Source: an uncultured Acidobacteriota bacterium (lineage in GTDB: Bacteria; Acidobacteriota; Terriglobia; Acidiferrales; UBA7541). Taken from it: a stretch of 64,000 bases of DNA. The stretch spans positions 18,830-82,829 of the forward strand of contig CAWCPO010000013.1 in NCBI GenBank assembly GCA_963797345.1, read 5' to 3'. The notes under the pieces were generated by a model that saw only the letters and a program-made list of their open reading frames with translations, was not told where the DNA came from and made no database searches. Below, in pieces: positions 1-11,949 of the stretch; position 1 is the stretch's first letter; each line of letters begins with the position of its first letter. The translations under genes were made by a program, and so were the position numbers.

Positions 1-476
1 AGTTCGGGGTGAAACGCGACCTCGGGGCGTTCGTCGAGATATTTCTCTCGTCAGCCGATTTGCGGAATTTTCTGGCGAGCCCGGCGGCGGGGCGCGAGGC
101 AAAGCAAAAAGTGATCGAGGAGATTGCGGCGCGAATGGACCTGGCGCCGGAGGTCCGGAACTTCCTTTTTGTCCTCGTGGATAATGGCCGGACGCGCGCA
201 CTCGCGGAAATCCAGCAGGCATTCGGGGAGGAGCTGAACGCGCGGCTGGGGATCGTCGAAGCGGAGGTCACCTCAGCGCGTGGGCTGAGCGCCGCGGAGA
301 AAGAGGAATTAACCGCCGCGCTCGTACGGGAGACGGGAAAGAAGAAGATCGAAGCGCGCTACGCGGAGGACAAGACTTTGCTCGGCGGCGTGCGAGTGCG
401 CGTGGGGTCCACCGTGTACGATGGCACGGTGCGCGAGCGATTGAACCGGCTGCGGGAGCAGCTCGAAGCGGAATAG
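1..476 (+). CDS. atpH: F1Fo ATP synthase subunit delta (OSCP), 5'-truncated by the window edge
   Basis: The frame of ORF 9..476 stays open back to nt 3, and the listed Met is an internal GTG. OSCP-like C-terminus ([21 protein letters not shown]). Sits directly upstream of atpA-G-D-C. Confidence 0.85.
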   Translation, partial: FGVKRDLGAFVEIFLSSADLRNFLASPAAGREAKQKVIEEIAARMDLAPEVRNFLFVLVDNGRTRALAEIQQAFGEELNARLGIVEAEVTSARGLSAAEKEELTAALVRETGKKKIEARYAEDKTLLGGVRVRVGSTVYDGTVRERLNRLREQLEAE

Positions 477-483
477 GAGCCCG

Positions 484-2034
484 ATGGCGAAAATCAAGGC
501 GGACGAAATCACACAGATCCTGCGCGAGCAGATCGAAAGCTACCGGCAAACGCTGGCCGTGGAGGAAACCGGCACGGTGCTGGCGGTGGGCGACGGCATC
601 GCGCGGATTTATGGGCTGGACCGGTGCATGGCGGGGGAGATGCTCGAGTTTCCGCATGGTGTTACGGGCATTGCCTTGAACCTGGAGGAAGATCAAGTGG
701 GCGCGGTGCTGCTCGGCGACTATACGGAGGTCGAGGAAGGCGACACGGTCAAGCGGACGAAGAAGATCAACTCCGTGCCGGTGGGCGGAGCGCTCGTGGG
801 GCGCGTGGTGAATCCGCTGGGGCAGCCGCTGGACGACAAGGGACCCGTGGCGAGCGAGCAGCGCAATCCGCTCGAGCGGCTGGCGCCGGGCGTGGTGGAC
901 CGCCAGCCGGTCCGCGAGCCGCTGCAGACGGGCATCAAGGCCATTGACGCGATGATCCCCATCGGCCGGGGCCAGCGGGAATTAATTATCGGCGACCGGC
1001 AGACGGGCAAGACGGCCATCATTTTGGATACGATCCTGAACCAGCGCGGCGAAAATATGATTTGCATTTATTGCGCCATTGGGCAGAAGCGCTCGACGAT
1101 CGCGCAGGTGATCAAGACGCTGACGGATTACGGCGCCATGGAATATACGATTGTGGTGGCGGCATCGGCGTCCGAGCCGGCCGCGATGCAGTACATCGCG
1201 CCCTTCGCCGCGTGCGCCATGGGCGAGTATTTCCGCGATACGAAACGCCACGCCATCTGCTTCTACGACGACCTCTCGAAGCACGCGCAATCCTACCGCG
1301 AAATTTCGCTTCTGCTGCGGCGTCCGCCGGGGCGCGAAGCGTATCCGGGCGACGTCTTCTTCTTGCACTCGCGGCTGCTGGAACGGGCGGCGAAATTGAA
1401 CGACACGCTCGGCGCCGGCTCGCTCACGGCCCTGCCGGTGATTGAAACGCAGGCCGGCGACGTGTCGGCGTACATTCCGACCAACGTCATCTCCATTACC
1501 GATGGCCAGATTTACCTGGAGGCGGACCTCTTCAATGCGGGAATACGTCCGGCTATCAACGCCGGGATTTCGGTGAGCCGCGTGGGCGGCAACGCGCAGA
1601 TCAAGGCCATGCGCCAGGTGGCCGGGACGCTCCGGCTGGACATGGCGCAGTACCGCGAGCTGGCAGCGTTCGCGCAGTTCGGCGCCGAGCAGCTCGACAA
1701 AACCACGCAGGCGCAGCTCGCGCGCGGGCAGCGGCTCGTGGAGGTCCTAAAGCAGGATCAGTATCAGCCGCTGCCGGTGGAACGCGAGGTGCTGATAATT
1801 TTCGCGGGAGCGAACCGGTACCTCGACGATCTCGAGGTGGCTGACGTCGTGCGGTACGAACGCGAGCTTTTTCCATTCCTCGAGACGAATTACGGCGGGT
1901 TGCTGAAAACGCTGCGGGAAAAGAAGGCCTTCGACGATTCCCTGCGCGCGGAAGCGGTGAAGGCGCTCGATGCGTTCAAGCAGCGGTTCCAGGCGGGCGC
2001 GAAGGCCGCGGCCCAGGCGAAAGCCGGAACATGA
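484..2034 (+). CDS. atpA: F1 ATP synthase subunit alpha
   Basis: 516 aa. Walker A GDRQTGKT and many alpha-subunit blocks ([43 protein letters not shown]-like). Operon context. Confidence 0.98.
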   Translation: MAKIKADEITQILREQIESYRQTLAVEETGTVLAVGDGIARIYGLDRCMAGEMLEFPHGVTGIALNLEEDQVGAVLLGDYTEVEEGDTVKRTKKINSVPVGGALVGRVVNPLGQPLDDKGPVASEQRNPLERLAPGVVDRQPVREPLQTGIKAIDAMIPIGRGQRELIIGDRQTGKTAIILDTILNQRGENMICIYCAIGQKRSTIAQVIKTLTDYGAMEYTIVVAASASEPAAMQYIAPFAACAMGEYFRDTKRHAICFYDDLSKHAQSYREISLLLRRPPGREAYPGDVFFLHSRLLERAAKLNDTLGAGSLTALPVIETQAGDVSAYIPTNVISITDGQIYLEADLFNAGIRPAINAGISVSRVGGNAQIKAMRQVAGTLRLDMAQYRELAAFAQFGAEQLDKTTQAQLARGQRLVEVLKQDQYQPLPVEREVLIIFAGANRYLDDLEVADVVRYERELFPFLETNYGGLLKTLREKKAFDDSLRAEAVKALDAFKQRFQAGAKAAAQAKAGT

Positions 2035-2090
2035 CGAAAATCGAAGAGAGGGATCGAGCCTTGCGAGGTTAGCCATCGGCTGAATTTCCC

Positions 2091-3032
2091 GTGCCCACAC
2101 TTCTCGATTACCGGCGCCGTATTCGTTCGGTGAAGAATACGCAGCAAATCACGCGGGCGATGAAGTTTATCGCCGCGGCGAAGCTGCGCCGTGCCCAGGA
2201 AGGCGTGTTTGCGGCGCGTCCGTATGCCCGTGAAATCCGGCGGGTGCTGCGGTCGGCTGCGGCCCGCGTGGAAACAACGGTGCATCCGCTGCTGGAACGG
2301 CGGCCGGAAGAGCGCCTGCTCGTGGCCGTGGTGACGGGGGACCGCGGGCTTTGCGGGGCATTCAATACCAACGTGATCCGGAGCGCGTCCGAATTCTTTC
2401 GCGGACACGCGTCGCAAAAAATCCAGGTGATCGCCGCGGGGAAAAAAGGCCGCGATACGCTTCGGAGGCGCGGGTGGAGTTTCGCGGGCGAATACATGAA
2501 TGTTTCGGGCAAGGTGGAATTCGCGACGGCCAAGGAAATCTCCGCGCGCATCGCGGAGATGTATGCGCGGCGCGAGGTGGACGGCGTATACGCCATCTAC
2601 AACGAGTTCAAGAATGTGATGGTGCAGAGGCTGCGCACGGAGAAATTGCTCCCGGTCGATCCGGCCATCTTGGTTTCGGGGGCGGAGGCTTCCGAGGAGG
2701 AGATGTCCACGGGCCAGGAGCGCGGCGAAACGCCCGCGCCCGAGAAGCCGCCGGAGAATCCGCCGCTGCTCGTGGATTACATCTATGAAGAACCCATCGA
2801 GGAAATTTTCAGCGGGCTGCTGCCGCGCTATCTGGATTCCGAAGTGTTCCGGATTCTGTTGGAATCCGCCGCAGCCGAGCACGCCGCGCGGATGACGGCG
2901 ATGGATTCCGCCACGCGGAACGCCTCCGATTTCATAGACCACCTGACGCTGGACATGAACAAGATTCGCCAGGCGAGCATCACGAAGGAGTTGATCGAGA
3001 TTGTGAGCGGCGCAGCCTCAGCAACGTCTTGA
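2091..3032 (+). CDS. atpG: F1 ATP synthase subunit gamma
   Basis: 313 aa, GTG start. N-terminus IRSVKNTQQITRAMKFIAAAKLRRAQ and C-terminus ITKELIEIVSGA are gamma signatures. Confidence 0.95.
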   Translation: MPTLLDYRRRIRSVKNTQQITRAMKFIAAAKLRRAQEGVFAARPYAREIRRVLRSAAARVETTVHPLLERRPEERLLVAVVTGDRGLCGAFNTNVIRSASEFFRGHASQKIQVIAAGKKGRDTLRRRGWSFAGEYMNVSGKVEFATAKEISARIAEMYARREVDGVYAIYNEFKNVMVQRLRTEKLLPVDPAILVSGAEASEEEMSTGQERGETPAPEKPPENPPLLVDYIYEEPIEEIFSGLLPRYLDSEVFRILLESAAAEHAARMTAMDSATRNASDFIDHLTLDMNKIRQASITKELIEIVSGAASATS

Positions 3033-3047
3033 GGCCTGACTTGCTAG

Positions 3048-4559
<1,512 letters not shown>

Positions 4560-4591
4560 GTTCCGCGCCAGCGGCCGGCCAGGACGAAAAT

Positions 4592-5029
4592 ATGCTGCCG
4601 GAAAAAATCGAACTTCAAATCGTGACGCCCGAGCGGCACGTCCTCCAGGAAACCGTGCAATCGGTGGAGCTGCCCGGGAAAGAGGGCTATATGGGAATTT
4701 TGCCCGGCCACGCGCCACTACTGACGGAGCTGGGAGCGGGCGTGCTCACGTATCGGCGCGGCGCGGAGACGCACGCGCTCGCCGTGATTCGAGGTTATGC
4801 GGAAGTGCTGCCCGAGCGCGTGATCGTGCTGGCCGAATTTTCGGAGCGTGCGGAAGAAATTGATGTCGAGCGCTGCTGTGCGGCGCGCGACCGGGCGAAA
4901 TCCGAGATGGGCAAGTCGGCGCCGGGTGGTGACGATTGGGAGCGGGCCTCCTTTGCGCTCGAGCGGGCGCTGGCTCGATTGCAGGCGTCTTCTACGGTTC
5001 GCGGCGGGTCTCCTCCGAAGTCCAGTTGA
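4592..5029 (+). CDS. atpC: F1 ATP synthase subunit epsilon
   Basis: 145 aa. N-terminal beta-sandwich motif (LQIVTPERHV...VELPGKEGYMGILPGHAPLLT). Last gene of the atp cluster. Confidence 0.9.
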   Translation: MLPEKIELQIVTPERHVLQETVQSVELPGKEGYMGILPGHAPLLTELGAGVLTYRRGAETHALAVIRGYAEVLPERVIVLAEFSERAEEIDVERCCAARDRAKSEMGKSAPGGDDWERASFALERALARLQASSTVRGGSPPKSS

Positions 5030-5176
5030 GAGTGCGGCGTTCCGGTGGGAGCACGTGAATTCGACGATTCCGCGATGTGACGTCGATCACCGTGCTTCGA
5101 TGCGCGCGGAATCCGCGCGCGCCCTGCTGCATCGAATGAAAAAGAGCGATGTTCTTTCAGAATTGGATGGTCTGAA

Positions 5177-5449
5177 GTGGGCGAAATCACAGTTTACTGC
5201 ACGACCTGGTGTTGCGATTGCCGGCGAGTGAAGCGATTCCTGCACGAGCGGTGCCTCGCCTTCCGCGAAGTGAATATAGATGATGCGCCGGATGCCGAGG
5301 AACTGGTGCTGCGCGTCAATAAGGGCCGGCGCAAGGTGCCCACTATTGAAGTCGAAGGGCGGTATATCACGTGCAGCCCGTTTGACGCGAGCCGGCTTGC
5401 CGAGGAATTGAAAATTCCGCTCAACCCGAAGAAGCCCGATTCAAACTAG
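5177..5449 (+). CDS. glutaredoxin/NrdH-like small redoxin
   Basis: 90 aa. ITVYCTTWCCDC active-site region and a VPTIEV motif, typical of the glutaredoxin fold. Confidence 0.8.
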   Translation: MGEITVYCTTWCCDCRRVKRFLHERCLAFREVNIDDAPDAEELVLRVNKGRRKVPTIEVEGRYITCSPFDASRLAEELKIPLNPKKPDSN

Positions 5450-6616
5450 ACCTGCGCCGCGCGTCATCACGCCCGCGACGCGCAGGTCCGGCGTGAGCGC
5501 GACGAGGTCGGCATCCGATCCCACGGCGAGGATGCCTTTCTTTCCCGCCAAGCCGAGGCGCCGAGCTGGCAGCACCGTGGCCATGCGCACGGCGTCCGCC
5601 AGCGGCACTCCCAAGGCCACTACATAGCGCAAGGCGCGATCTAGGGTCAGCGTGCTGCCCGCCAGCTTTCCTTCCGCGTTCCGGCAGACTCCGTCCTTAA
5701 CAGTGACTTCGAAATTCCCGAGGCGATAATTGCCATCGGGCATTCCCGTGGCTGCGATGCCGTCGGATACCAGGAGCACGGTGCCGAAACCCTTGGCGGC
5801 GAGCAGGACTTGGATCGCTGGTCCGGCAACATGGACGCCATCGGCGATGATTTCAGCGGTGACTTCCGGGTCGGTGAGGATGGCGCCGATTACTCCGGGA
5901 TCGCGGTGGGAAAAGGGGCGCATGGCGTTGAACGTGTGCACGGCGTGGCGAGCGCCGGCTTGAATGGAGGCCCTCGATTGCTCGTAGTCCGCGTCGGTGT
6001 GTCCCATGGCAACCACCAGGCCGGCGGCAACCGCAAACTCGATGAAGGGAATGGCGCCAGGGAGTTCGGGCGCGGTAGTCAAAATTTTCACCAGGCCGTC
6101 CGAGGCATCGAGAAATTTGCTCAGGATTTCGGTCGAGGGTTTCTGGAGGGCGCCCGGCGGATGCACGCCCCGGCGCACCTTGCTGATGAACGGCCCCTCG
6201 AGGTGCATCCCCAGGATCTCGGCGGCAAGGTGCGGATTCTCCACCGGCTTTTCGCGGCTGCGTATATAGCGCGTGATTCCCTGGAGGCTTCGGCAGGTCT
6301 CCTCGACCGGCGCCGTGACGGTGGTGGCGACGAGGGAGGTGGTCCCATGGCGCGCGACCGTGGACGCGATGCGGTCCAGCGCGCGCGCGTTCGCTTCCAT
6401 CACGTCGTGGCCGCCGGCGCCGTGAATGTGAACGTCCACGAAGCCCGGCACGACGGTCAAACCCGCGGCGGAGTAATCGGCCGCGCCGGGCGGCACGCGA
6501 ACCTCGTCGCGATGGCCGATCGCGGCGATCCGGCCGGCCTCCACGAGAATCACGCCGTCGCTAATTTCCTCGAGCGGCGTCAGGATGCGGCTGGCATAAA
6601 TCGCGGTTGTGGGCAT
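5441..6616 (-). CDS. nagA: N-acetylglucosamine-6-phosphate deacetylase
   Basis: 391 aa. FVDVHIHGAGGHDVM metal-binding motif, GHTDA, and HTFNAM blocks of the NagA amidohydrolase family. Confidence 0.9.
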   Translation of the reverse strand: MPTTAIYASRILTPLEEISDGVILVEAGRIAAIGHRDEVRVPPGAADYSAAGLTVVPGFVDVHIHGAGGHDVMEANARALDRIASTVARHGTTSLVATTVTAPVEETCRSLQGITRYIRSREKPVENPHLAAEILGMHLEGPFISKVRRGVHPPGALQKPSTEILSKFLDASDGLVKILTTAPELPGAIPFIEFAVAAGLVVAMGHTDADYEQSRASIQAGARHAVHTFNAMRPFSHRDPGVIGAILTDPEVTAEIIADGVHVAGPAIQVLLAAKGFGTVLLVSDGIAATGMPDGNYRLGNFEVTVKDGVCRNAEGKLAGSTLTLDRALRYVVALGVPLADAVRMATVLPARRLGLAGKKGILAVGSDADLVALTPDLRVAGVMTRGAGLV

Positions 6617-6850
6617 GGTCTGGCCGAGCTGCCTGGGAATTGTACTTGGTCATCCTACCGGAACGGAACTGTAAACAGAAATGGGTGCTGGGTTGATTTG
6701 AATTTATGTGTACCAATGCAGAAGCGTAGTGCTGCAAAACCAGGAGACCGCAAGCATCCCAAAACCAACTATAAACGCCGCCGCTTCTCCGCTACAATCG
6801 TGTGTCACTGCAAGCCATCTCATAAATGGCCTGATGGCCTGTCCTGCCGA

Positions 6851-6908
6851 CTTCAGGGGTTAAAACCCGTGAGTTGTGGGGGCTTTTCGGCACGGCTGAA
6901 GCCGTGCC
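6851..6908. repeat. bipartite REP-like intergenic element: CTTCAGGGGTTAAAACCC box plus GGCACGGC-TGAA-GCCGTGCC hairpin
   Basis: Perfect 8-bp stem with a 4-nt loop at 6889-6908. A second copy with the same architecture and spacing is at 23234-23292. Confidence 0.5.
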
Positions 6909-6958
6909 CTGACACAAAGCATTTATGAGAGGGTTATAGCGAGCCGGAGGAAAACGGA

Positions 6959-7129
6959 ATGGCCAACGAAAAGCGGTACATCGCGCAAAAGCGTCAGAGG
7001 CGGCGGCGCAAGACCGCCAAGGCGAAAATGAAACTTTACGAGCAGGGGAAAATGCCACACGACAAACTTCCCTCCCTCGCGAAAAGGTTTCTCAGCCGCA
7101 AGATGCGGGCGCTGAAAAAAGCGGAATAA
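6959..7129 (+). CDS. small highly basic hypothetical protein (56 aa)
   Basis: ATG-to-TAA ORF below the track cutoff (MANEKRYIAQKRQRRRRKTAKAK...). No recognisable family; coding status uncertain. Confidence 0.35.
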   Translation: MANEKRYIAQKRQRRRRKTAKAKMKLYEQGKMPHDKLPSLAKRFLSRKMRALKKAE

Positions 7130-7166
7130 AACAAAAAAACGGGCGCCCCGGATTCCCGGGACGCCC
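7130..7166 (-). terminator. intrinsic terminator for the 7220..8011 gene
   Basis: GGGCGCCCCGG/CCGGGACGCCC stem with one mismatch and a 4-nt loop. On the minus strand it is followed by GTTTTTTTGTT. Confidence 0.6.
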
Positions 7167-7219
7167 GCTGGCCGTCTCCTCGCGCCGGCCCCCGCCAGGG
7201 CCGCGACGGGAGGGATTGT

Positions 7220-8011
7220 TCACATGCCCGAGTTGTCAGCCGCCTGCGCCGGAGCGGACTTCGGAACGCTCAGATAGCCCGTGATCTTGTTCTTCCCGAC
7301 CTGGTTCACAGTGAACTCGTAGGGTGCCGAGTGGCCGGAATTCGTGGGGAAGAAGTAGATGGGTTCGTCCACCGACCGGTTGTTCTTATCGAACCGCTGA
7401 TCGTTGACGTATACAGCCACGGAGTAGAGGTTCCTCTTGGGGTTCACGCTGCGGAGTTCGACCATCAGGTCGCCCACCTTTGTGCGCTGGCCCTTCTGGG
7501 TGATCGTGAACTCGTAATAATCGCGCTCGCCCATGCGGCGGAGTTCTTCGATCTGGTCATGGTTCTTGGCGATGAGGGTGCCGAACTCGCCCTTGGCCAT
7601 CTCCAAGCTGCTCTTAGTCGAGTCGAGGTCCGTCTTCACGGAATCGACATCGGTGCCAAGTTTATTCACGTCGTCCGTGCTGGCTTTGGTGGCCAATTGC
7701 CCGGCAACGTTGTTCTGCAGGTCCGCGAGTTGCTTGGCGTCGTCCGCTTTGATCTGAGCGGCTGTCCGATGCAGCTCGGTCGCCGACAGCTTCATCTTGT
7801 CCGCCACCACGCTCAATTCGCCCTGGAGCTGCGCGTTGGCGTCCTCCGCCTTCGCCAGCCGCTGGCTCAGCGTGTCTTCGTCCTGCTTGAATTGCTGCGT
7901 CTGCGCCGTCAGCGTCTGCGCGAGTGAACTCGATCGGTTCGATGCCGACCAGCCAACGCCCAAAGCGATCAGCGTTACCACCGCGACCCAATTCCTGCTA
8001 CCCCTATCCAC
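7220..8011 (-). CDS. membrane-anchored coiled-coil hypothetical protein
   Basis: 263 aa. N-terminal TM (NWVAVVTLIALGVGW), a long heptad-like Q/L/A/D/K-rich region, and a beta-rich C-terminal domain. No family recognised. Confidence 0.7.
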   Translation of the reverse strand: MDRGSRNWVAVVTLIALGVGWSASNRSSSLAQTLTAQTQQFKQDEDTLSQRLAKAEDANAQLQGELSVVADKMKLSATELHRTAAQIKADDAKQLADLQNNVAGQLATKASTDDVNKLGTDVDSVKTDLDSTKSSLEMAKGEFGTLIAKNHDQIEELRRMGERDYYEFTITQKGQRTKVGDLMVELRSVNPKRNLYSVAVYVNDQRFDKNNRSVDEPIYFFPTNSGHSAPYEFTVNQVGKNKITGYLSVPKSAPAQAADNSGM

Positions 8012-8303
8012 CGAGGGGTGCCCGAATCTTGTGTTGTCGTGAAAGCCTGTCTATCGTCGCTCATGTTCGTCTCCTCCGTCGTTAAGCCCCTTGCATAGGG
8101 AGGTAGAAGCACGCGTGGAACCAATGGCGCAGGGGGCTTCCATGCCATTGAACTTACAGATATAAGGGGACTTACTGTGACCTTCCGCGGAATGTCACTT
8201 TAGGGGTGTGTCAGACACAATGCAAATTTTACGTGCCTGGAAAGATTCCTACGTGGTTCGCGTGACACATACCGATAGCGCCTTGCGGGAGCCGCCGCCC
8301 GTG

Positions 8304-9141
8304 TTACCTGGTGATCGTCATATTCTGCAGTGCGGCAATGCGCGCCGCGAGGGGTGGATGCGTGCTGAACAGCTTGGCAAAGAATGCGCGAGCGCTCATG
8401 GGCGCCACAATGCACAGGGCAGCCGTGGAAGGCGGAATGTCCGAAGGGATTCTTTGGTTGTAGGCCCCGAGCTTTTCGAGCGCGCGAATTAGGCCGTAGG
8501 GATGGCCGACCATTCTTGCGCCCGAAGCGTCCGCCTGATATTCGCGCTGGCGCGAGATGCCGAAGCTGAAGCAGCAGCGCGCCGAGGGGCGCGAAAATCA
8601 GCGTCAAGAGGGCGATCAATCCGCCGCTGTTGCGGTTGCGACCACCGCCACCGAACCAGAAGCCCATGCGTGCAACCCATGTGACCGCTCCGGCGATGGT
8701 GGCCGCGATGGAGGAGGTGAGAATGTCGTAGTTGCGTACGTGCGAAAGCTCATGGGCAATCACGCCTTCGAGTTCTTCGTCGTCCATCAACTGGATCAGT
8801 CCCTGCGTGACGGCGACCGACGCATGGCTGGGGTTGCGGCCGGTGGCGAAGGCGTTCGGCGCCGGCTGCGGGATCATGTAAAGCTTGGGCATCGGCAGAT
8901 TGGCTTTGGCGGCGAGACGCTCCATCACGGCATAGAGCCGCGGCGATTGCTCCCGGCTGATGGGCTGCGCATGGCTCGACATGAGCGCAATCTTGTCCGA
9001 GAAGAAATAGGCTGTCCCGTTCATGAGAATGGCGAAGACCAGGGCGAGAGTCATGCCGCTGCGCCCGCCGAATGCGTCGCCGATGAAGAGAAGCAACAAC
9101 GTCAAAGCTGTGAGCAAAAATGCCGTTTTGAGTGTCTTCAT
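8304..9141 (-). pseudogene. htpX: HtpX zinc metalloprotease (M48) interrupted by a 1-nt insertion near 8556-8560
   Basis: The N-terminal 194 aa, including HELSHVRNYD, are in the frame of ORF 8200..9141. The conserved C-terminus (GISRQREYQADASGARMVGHPYGLIRALEKL...HPPLAARIAAL) continues in the frame of ORF 8304..8513. Confidence 0.85.
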
Positions 9142-9163
9142 TGTCCGTGTCCCCGGCGCCTTA

Positions 9164-11776
9164 TCAGGCGGCGCCCGCCTTCATTGTATCGCGTTTGAAC
9201 TGCATCTCGCCGGTCTTTGGATCGGCGTCCACAATCACGTTGTCGCCCGGCTTTACCTCGCCATCGAGAATCTTCAGAGCCAGGGGGTCCTGAATCAGCT
9301 TTTGAATCGCCCGCTTCATCGGGCGCGCTCCATAAGCCGGATCGTACCCCTCGCGTAGGAGCAGCGTCTTGGCCGCCGGCGTCAGGCGGAGAGTGACCTG
9401 CTTTTCGGCGAGCAGTTTCATCACATGCTGCAATTGCATGTCAACAATCCGCTCGATCTGGTCCTTGCCCAGCGGTTTGAACAGCACGATATCGTCAATG
9501 CGGTTCAAGAACTCCGGGCGGAAGAGCTCCCGGAGCGCGGCCATGGCCTCGTCACGCGCCTTCTTGGGGTCTTTATCGGCAAGCTCGAAGATGGCCGAGG
9601 AGCCGGCGTTCGAGGTCATGACAATCACGGCGTTGCGGAAATCCACTGTGTGGCCCTTGCCGTCCGTCAGCCGGCCGTCTTCTAGAATCTGCAGCAACAC
9701 ATTGAATACGTCCGGATGGGCCTTCTCGATTTCATCCAGCAGGACGACGGAGTAAGGACGCCGGCGAACCTGCTCGGTCAACTGGCCGCCCTCTTCGTAA
9801 CCCACGTATCCGGGAGGCGCGCCGATCATGCGCGCCACGGAGTGCTTCTCCATGTACTCGGACATATCGAGGCGAATGATGGCGCGCTCATCGTCAAACA
9901 AAAATTCGGCGAGGGCGCGCGCAAGCTCCGTCTTGCCCACTCCCGTGGGCCCGAGGAAAAGGAATGAGCCGATGGGCCGGTTGGGATCGCTCAACCCGGA
10001 CCGGCTGCGGCGAATGGCATTGGCCACGCTGGCGAGCGCCTCGTCCTGGCCGACCACGCGCTGGCGCAGACGCTCCTCCATGTGCACGAGCTTTTCGATT
10101 TCGCCCTCGAGCAGCCGCCCCACCGGAATGCCCGTCCACTTGCTGACGATTTTCGCGATTTCTTCCTCGCCTACTTCTTCCTTCAGCATGGGGTGGTCTT
10201 TTTGGAGTTCGGCGAGCTTGTCCTGCGCCTTCTTCAATTCCTTTTCCGCGGCGGAGAGTTTTCCATAGCGGATTTCGGCCACGCGCGAAAGGTCGCCCGC
10301 GCGCTCGAAGCGCTGCTCTTCGGCCTTCAGGCGCTCGATTTCCTCTTTCTGCTTGCGGATGCGGCCGATGGCGTCCTTCTCCGTCTGCCAGTGCGCTTTC
10401 AGGCCGTTCGATTGCTCGCGCAGTGTGGCGAGTTCTTTTTCGATTTGAGAGAGTCGCGCGCGCGAGTGCTCATCCGATTCCTTGCGCAGGGCTTGCCGCT
10501 CGATTTCCAGTTGCATGATGCGGCGTTCGATTTCGTCAATTTCGGCGGGCAGGGAATCAATCTCCATGCGCAGGCCAGCGGCGGCTTCGTCCACCAAGTC
10601 GATTGCCTTGTCGGGGAGAAAGCGGTCCGTGATATAGCGCTGCGAAAGCATCGCGGCGGCCACGATGGCGGAGTCCTTGATGCGCACGCCGTGGTGCACC
10701 TCATAACGTTCCTTCAAGCCGCGCAGGATGGCGATGGTGTCCTCGATGGAGGGCTCGCCCACGAAGACGGGCTGGAAGCGCCGCTCGAGCGCCGGGTCCT
10801 TCTCGATGTACTTGCGGTATTCATTGAGCGTGGTGGCGCCGATGGCGCGCAGCTCGCCCCGCGCCAGCGCTGGCTTCAGCATGTTGGAGGCGTCCATCGC
10901 GCCTTCCGCCGCGCCCGCGCCCACGAGCGTGTGCAGCTCGTCTATGAACAGAATTACCTGGCCCTCGGATTCGGTGACTTCCTTGAGCAGGGCCTTCAGG
11001 CGATCCTCAAATTCGCCGCGATATTTTGCGCCCGCGACCATGGCTGCGAGGTCGAGCGCCACGAGGCGCTTGGGCTTGAGGACTTCCGGCACATCCCCGG
11101 AGACGATCCGCTGCGCGAGCCCTTCGACGATGGCCGTCTTGCCCACGCCCGGCTCGCCGATGAGCACGGGATTGTTCTTGGTGCGGCGCGCCAGAATCTG
11201 CATCACGCGGCGGATCTCCTCGTCGCGCCCAATGACCGGATCGAGCTTGCCGCGCCGCGCCGCTTCGGTCAGGTCGCGCGCATACTGATCGAGCGCGCGG
11301 TAGGTGGCTTCGGGATTCTGTGATGTGACGCGATGGCTTCCGCGGATGGCCGTCATGGCCTGTAGGATGGCGTCGTGCGTGGCCCCATGGCGCGCTAGGA
11401 GCTGGCCGGCCGGGTCGCGGTCCGCTGCGGCGATGGCCAGCAGAATGTGTTCCGTCGAGACGTACTCGTCCTTGAGGCGCTGCGCTTCGTCGAAGGCGCG
11501 CTCAAGCACGTCGTTCGAGGCCGGGCTCAGGTACTGTTGGGAGACGCCGGAAACCTTCGGCAGCCGCTCAATTTGCTTCTCGATCTCGCTGGCTAGTGCG
11601 GCGGGAGGAGCTCCCAGCTTTTCGAGCAGCGGCGGGACCACCCCATCTCCCTGCGAGACGAGCGCCCACAGCAGATGCAGCGGCTCGATTTGCTGCTGCC
11701 CGGAGCGCGCGCCCATATCCTGCGCCGCTTGGAGCGCTTCTTGCGCCTTTACCGTAAGCTTGTCGAATCGCAGCAC
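9164..11776 (-). CDS. clpB: ATP-dependent chaperone/disaggregase ClpB
   Basis: 870 aa. Two AAA+ modules ([15 protein letters not shown]; [15 protein letters not shown]) and a coiled-coil middle domain. GTG start. Lies 22 nt upstream of htpX. Confidence 0.98.
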   Translation of the reverse strand: MLRFDKLTVKAQEALQAAQDMGARSGQQQIEPLHLLWALVSQGDGVVPPLLEKLGAPPAALASEIEKQIERLPKVSGVSQQYLSPASNDVLERAFDEAQRLKDEYVSTEHILLAIAAADRDPAGQLLARHGATHDAILQAMTAIRGSHRVTSQNPEATYRALDQYARDLTEAARRGKLDPVIGRDEEIRRVMQILARRTKNNPVLIGEPGVGKTAIVEGLAQRIVSGDVPEVLKPKRLVALDLAAMVAGAKYRGEFEDRLKALLKEVTESEGQVILFIDELHTLVGAGAAEGAMDASNMLKPALARGELRAIGATTLNEYRKYIEKDPALERRFQPVFVGEPSIEDTIAILRGLKERYEVHHGVRIKDSAIVAAAMLSQRYITDRFLPDKAIDLVDEAAAGLRMEIDSLPAEIDEIERRIMQLEIERQALRKESDEHSRARLSQIEKELATLREQSNGLKAHWQTEKDAIGRIRKQKEEIERLKAEEQRFERAGDLSRVAEIRYGKLSAAEKELKKAQDKLAELQKDHPMLKEEVGEEEIAKIVSKWTGIPVGRLLEGEIEKLVHMEERLRQRVVGQDEALASVANAIRRSRSGLSDPNRPIGSFLFLGPTGVGKTELARALAEFLFDDERAIIRLDMSEYMEKHSVARMIGAPPGYVGYEEGGQLTEQVRRRPYSVVLLDEIEKAHPDVFNVLLQILEDGRLTDGKGHTVDFRNAVIVMTSNAGSSAIFELADKDPKKARDEAMAALRELFRPEFLNRIDDIVLFKPLGKDQIERIVDMQLQHVMKLLAEKQVTLRLTPAAKTLLLREGYDPAYGARPMKRAIQKLIQDPLALKILDGEVKPGDNVIVDADPKTGEMQFKRDTMKAGAA

Positions 11777-11876
11777 GACGTAATTCTCTCACTTTCCCCA
11801 TTCAGATACAAAACGCCTGGAGGCAAAAGGCCGAAGCGACGCGCCAACGTCAGTTTACCTGTATCAGCGCATCGGC

Positions 11877-11905
11877 ATGATATTATATGCGCGTTATATT
11901 GTCAA
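11877..11905 (-). promoter_or_regulatory. sigma70-type promoter candidate for clpB-htpX
   Basis: Minus strand reads TTGACA, then a 17-nt spacer, then TATCAT, about 100 nt upstream of the clpB start. Confidence 0.5.
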
Positions 11906-11949
11906 GTACTTTCTAAGGACACCAAGACACGGAAAATTATGCCCCTAAT

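Noticed and set aside
1890-2942. Long antisense or out-of-frame ORFs inside conserved genes (for example 1890..2942-, 5810..6928+, 10082..11323+, 13161..14267-, 24105..25094-, 25768..26685-)
   Set aside because: These are shadow ORFs typical of high-GC DNA, with Arg/Gly/Pro/Ala-rich composition and no motifs. The opposite strand or frame encodes unmistakable ATP synthase, NagA, ClpB, QueA and Kdp proteins.
5102-5120. GCGCGCGG-aat-CCGCGCGC hairpin as the atp operon terminator
   Set aside because: It has a 3-nt loop and no following U-tract. It is possibly structural but is not a convincing intrinsic terminator.
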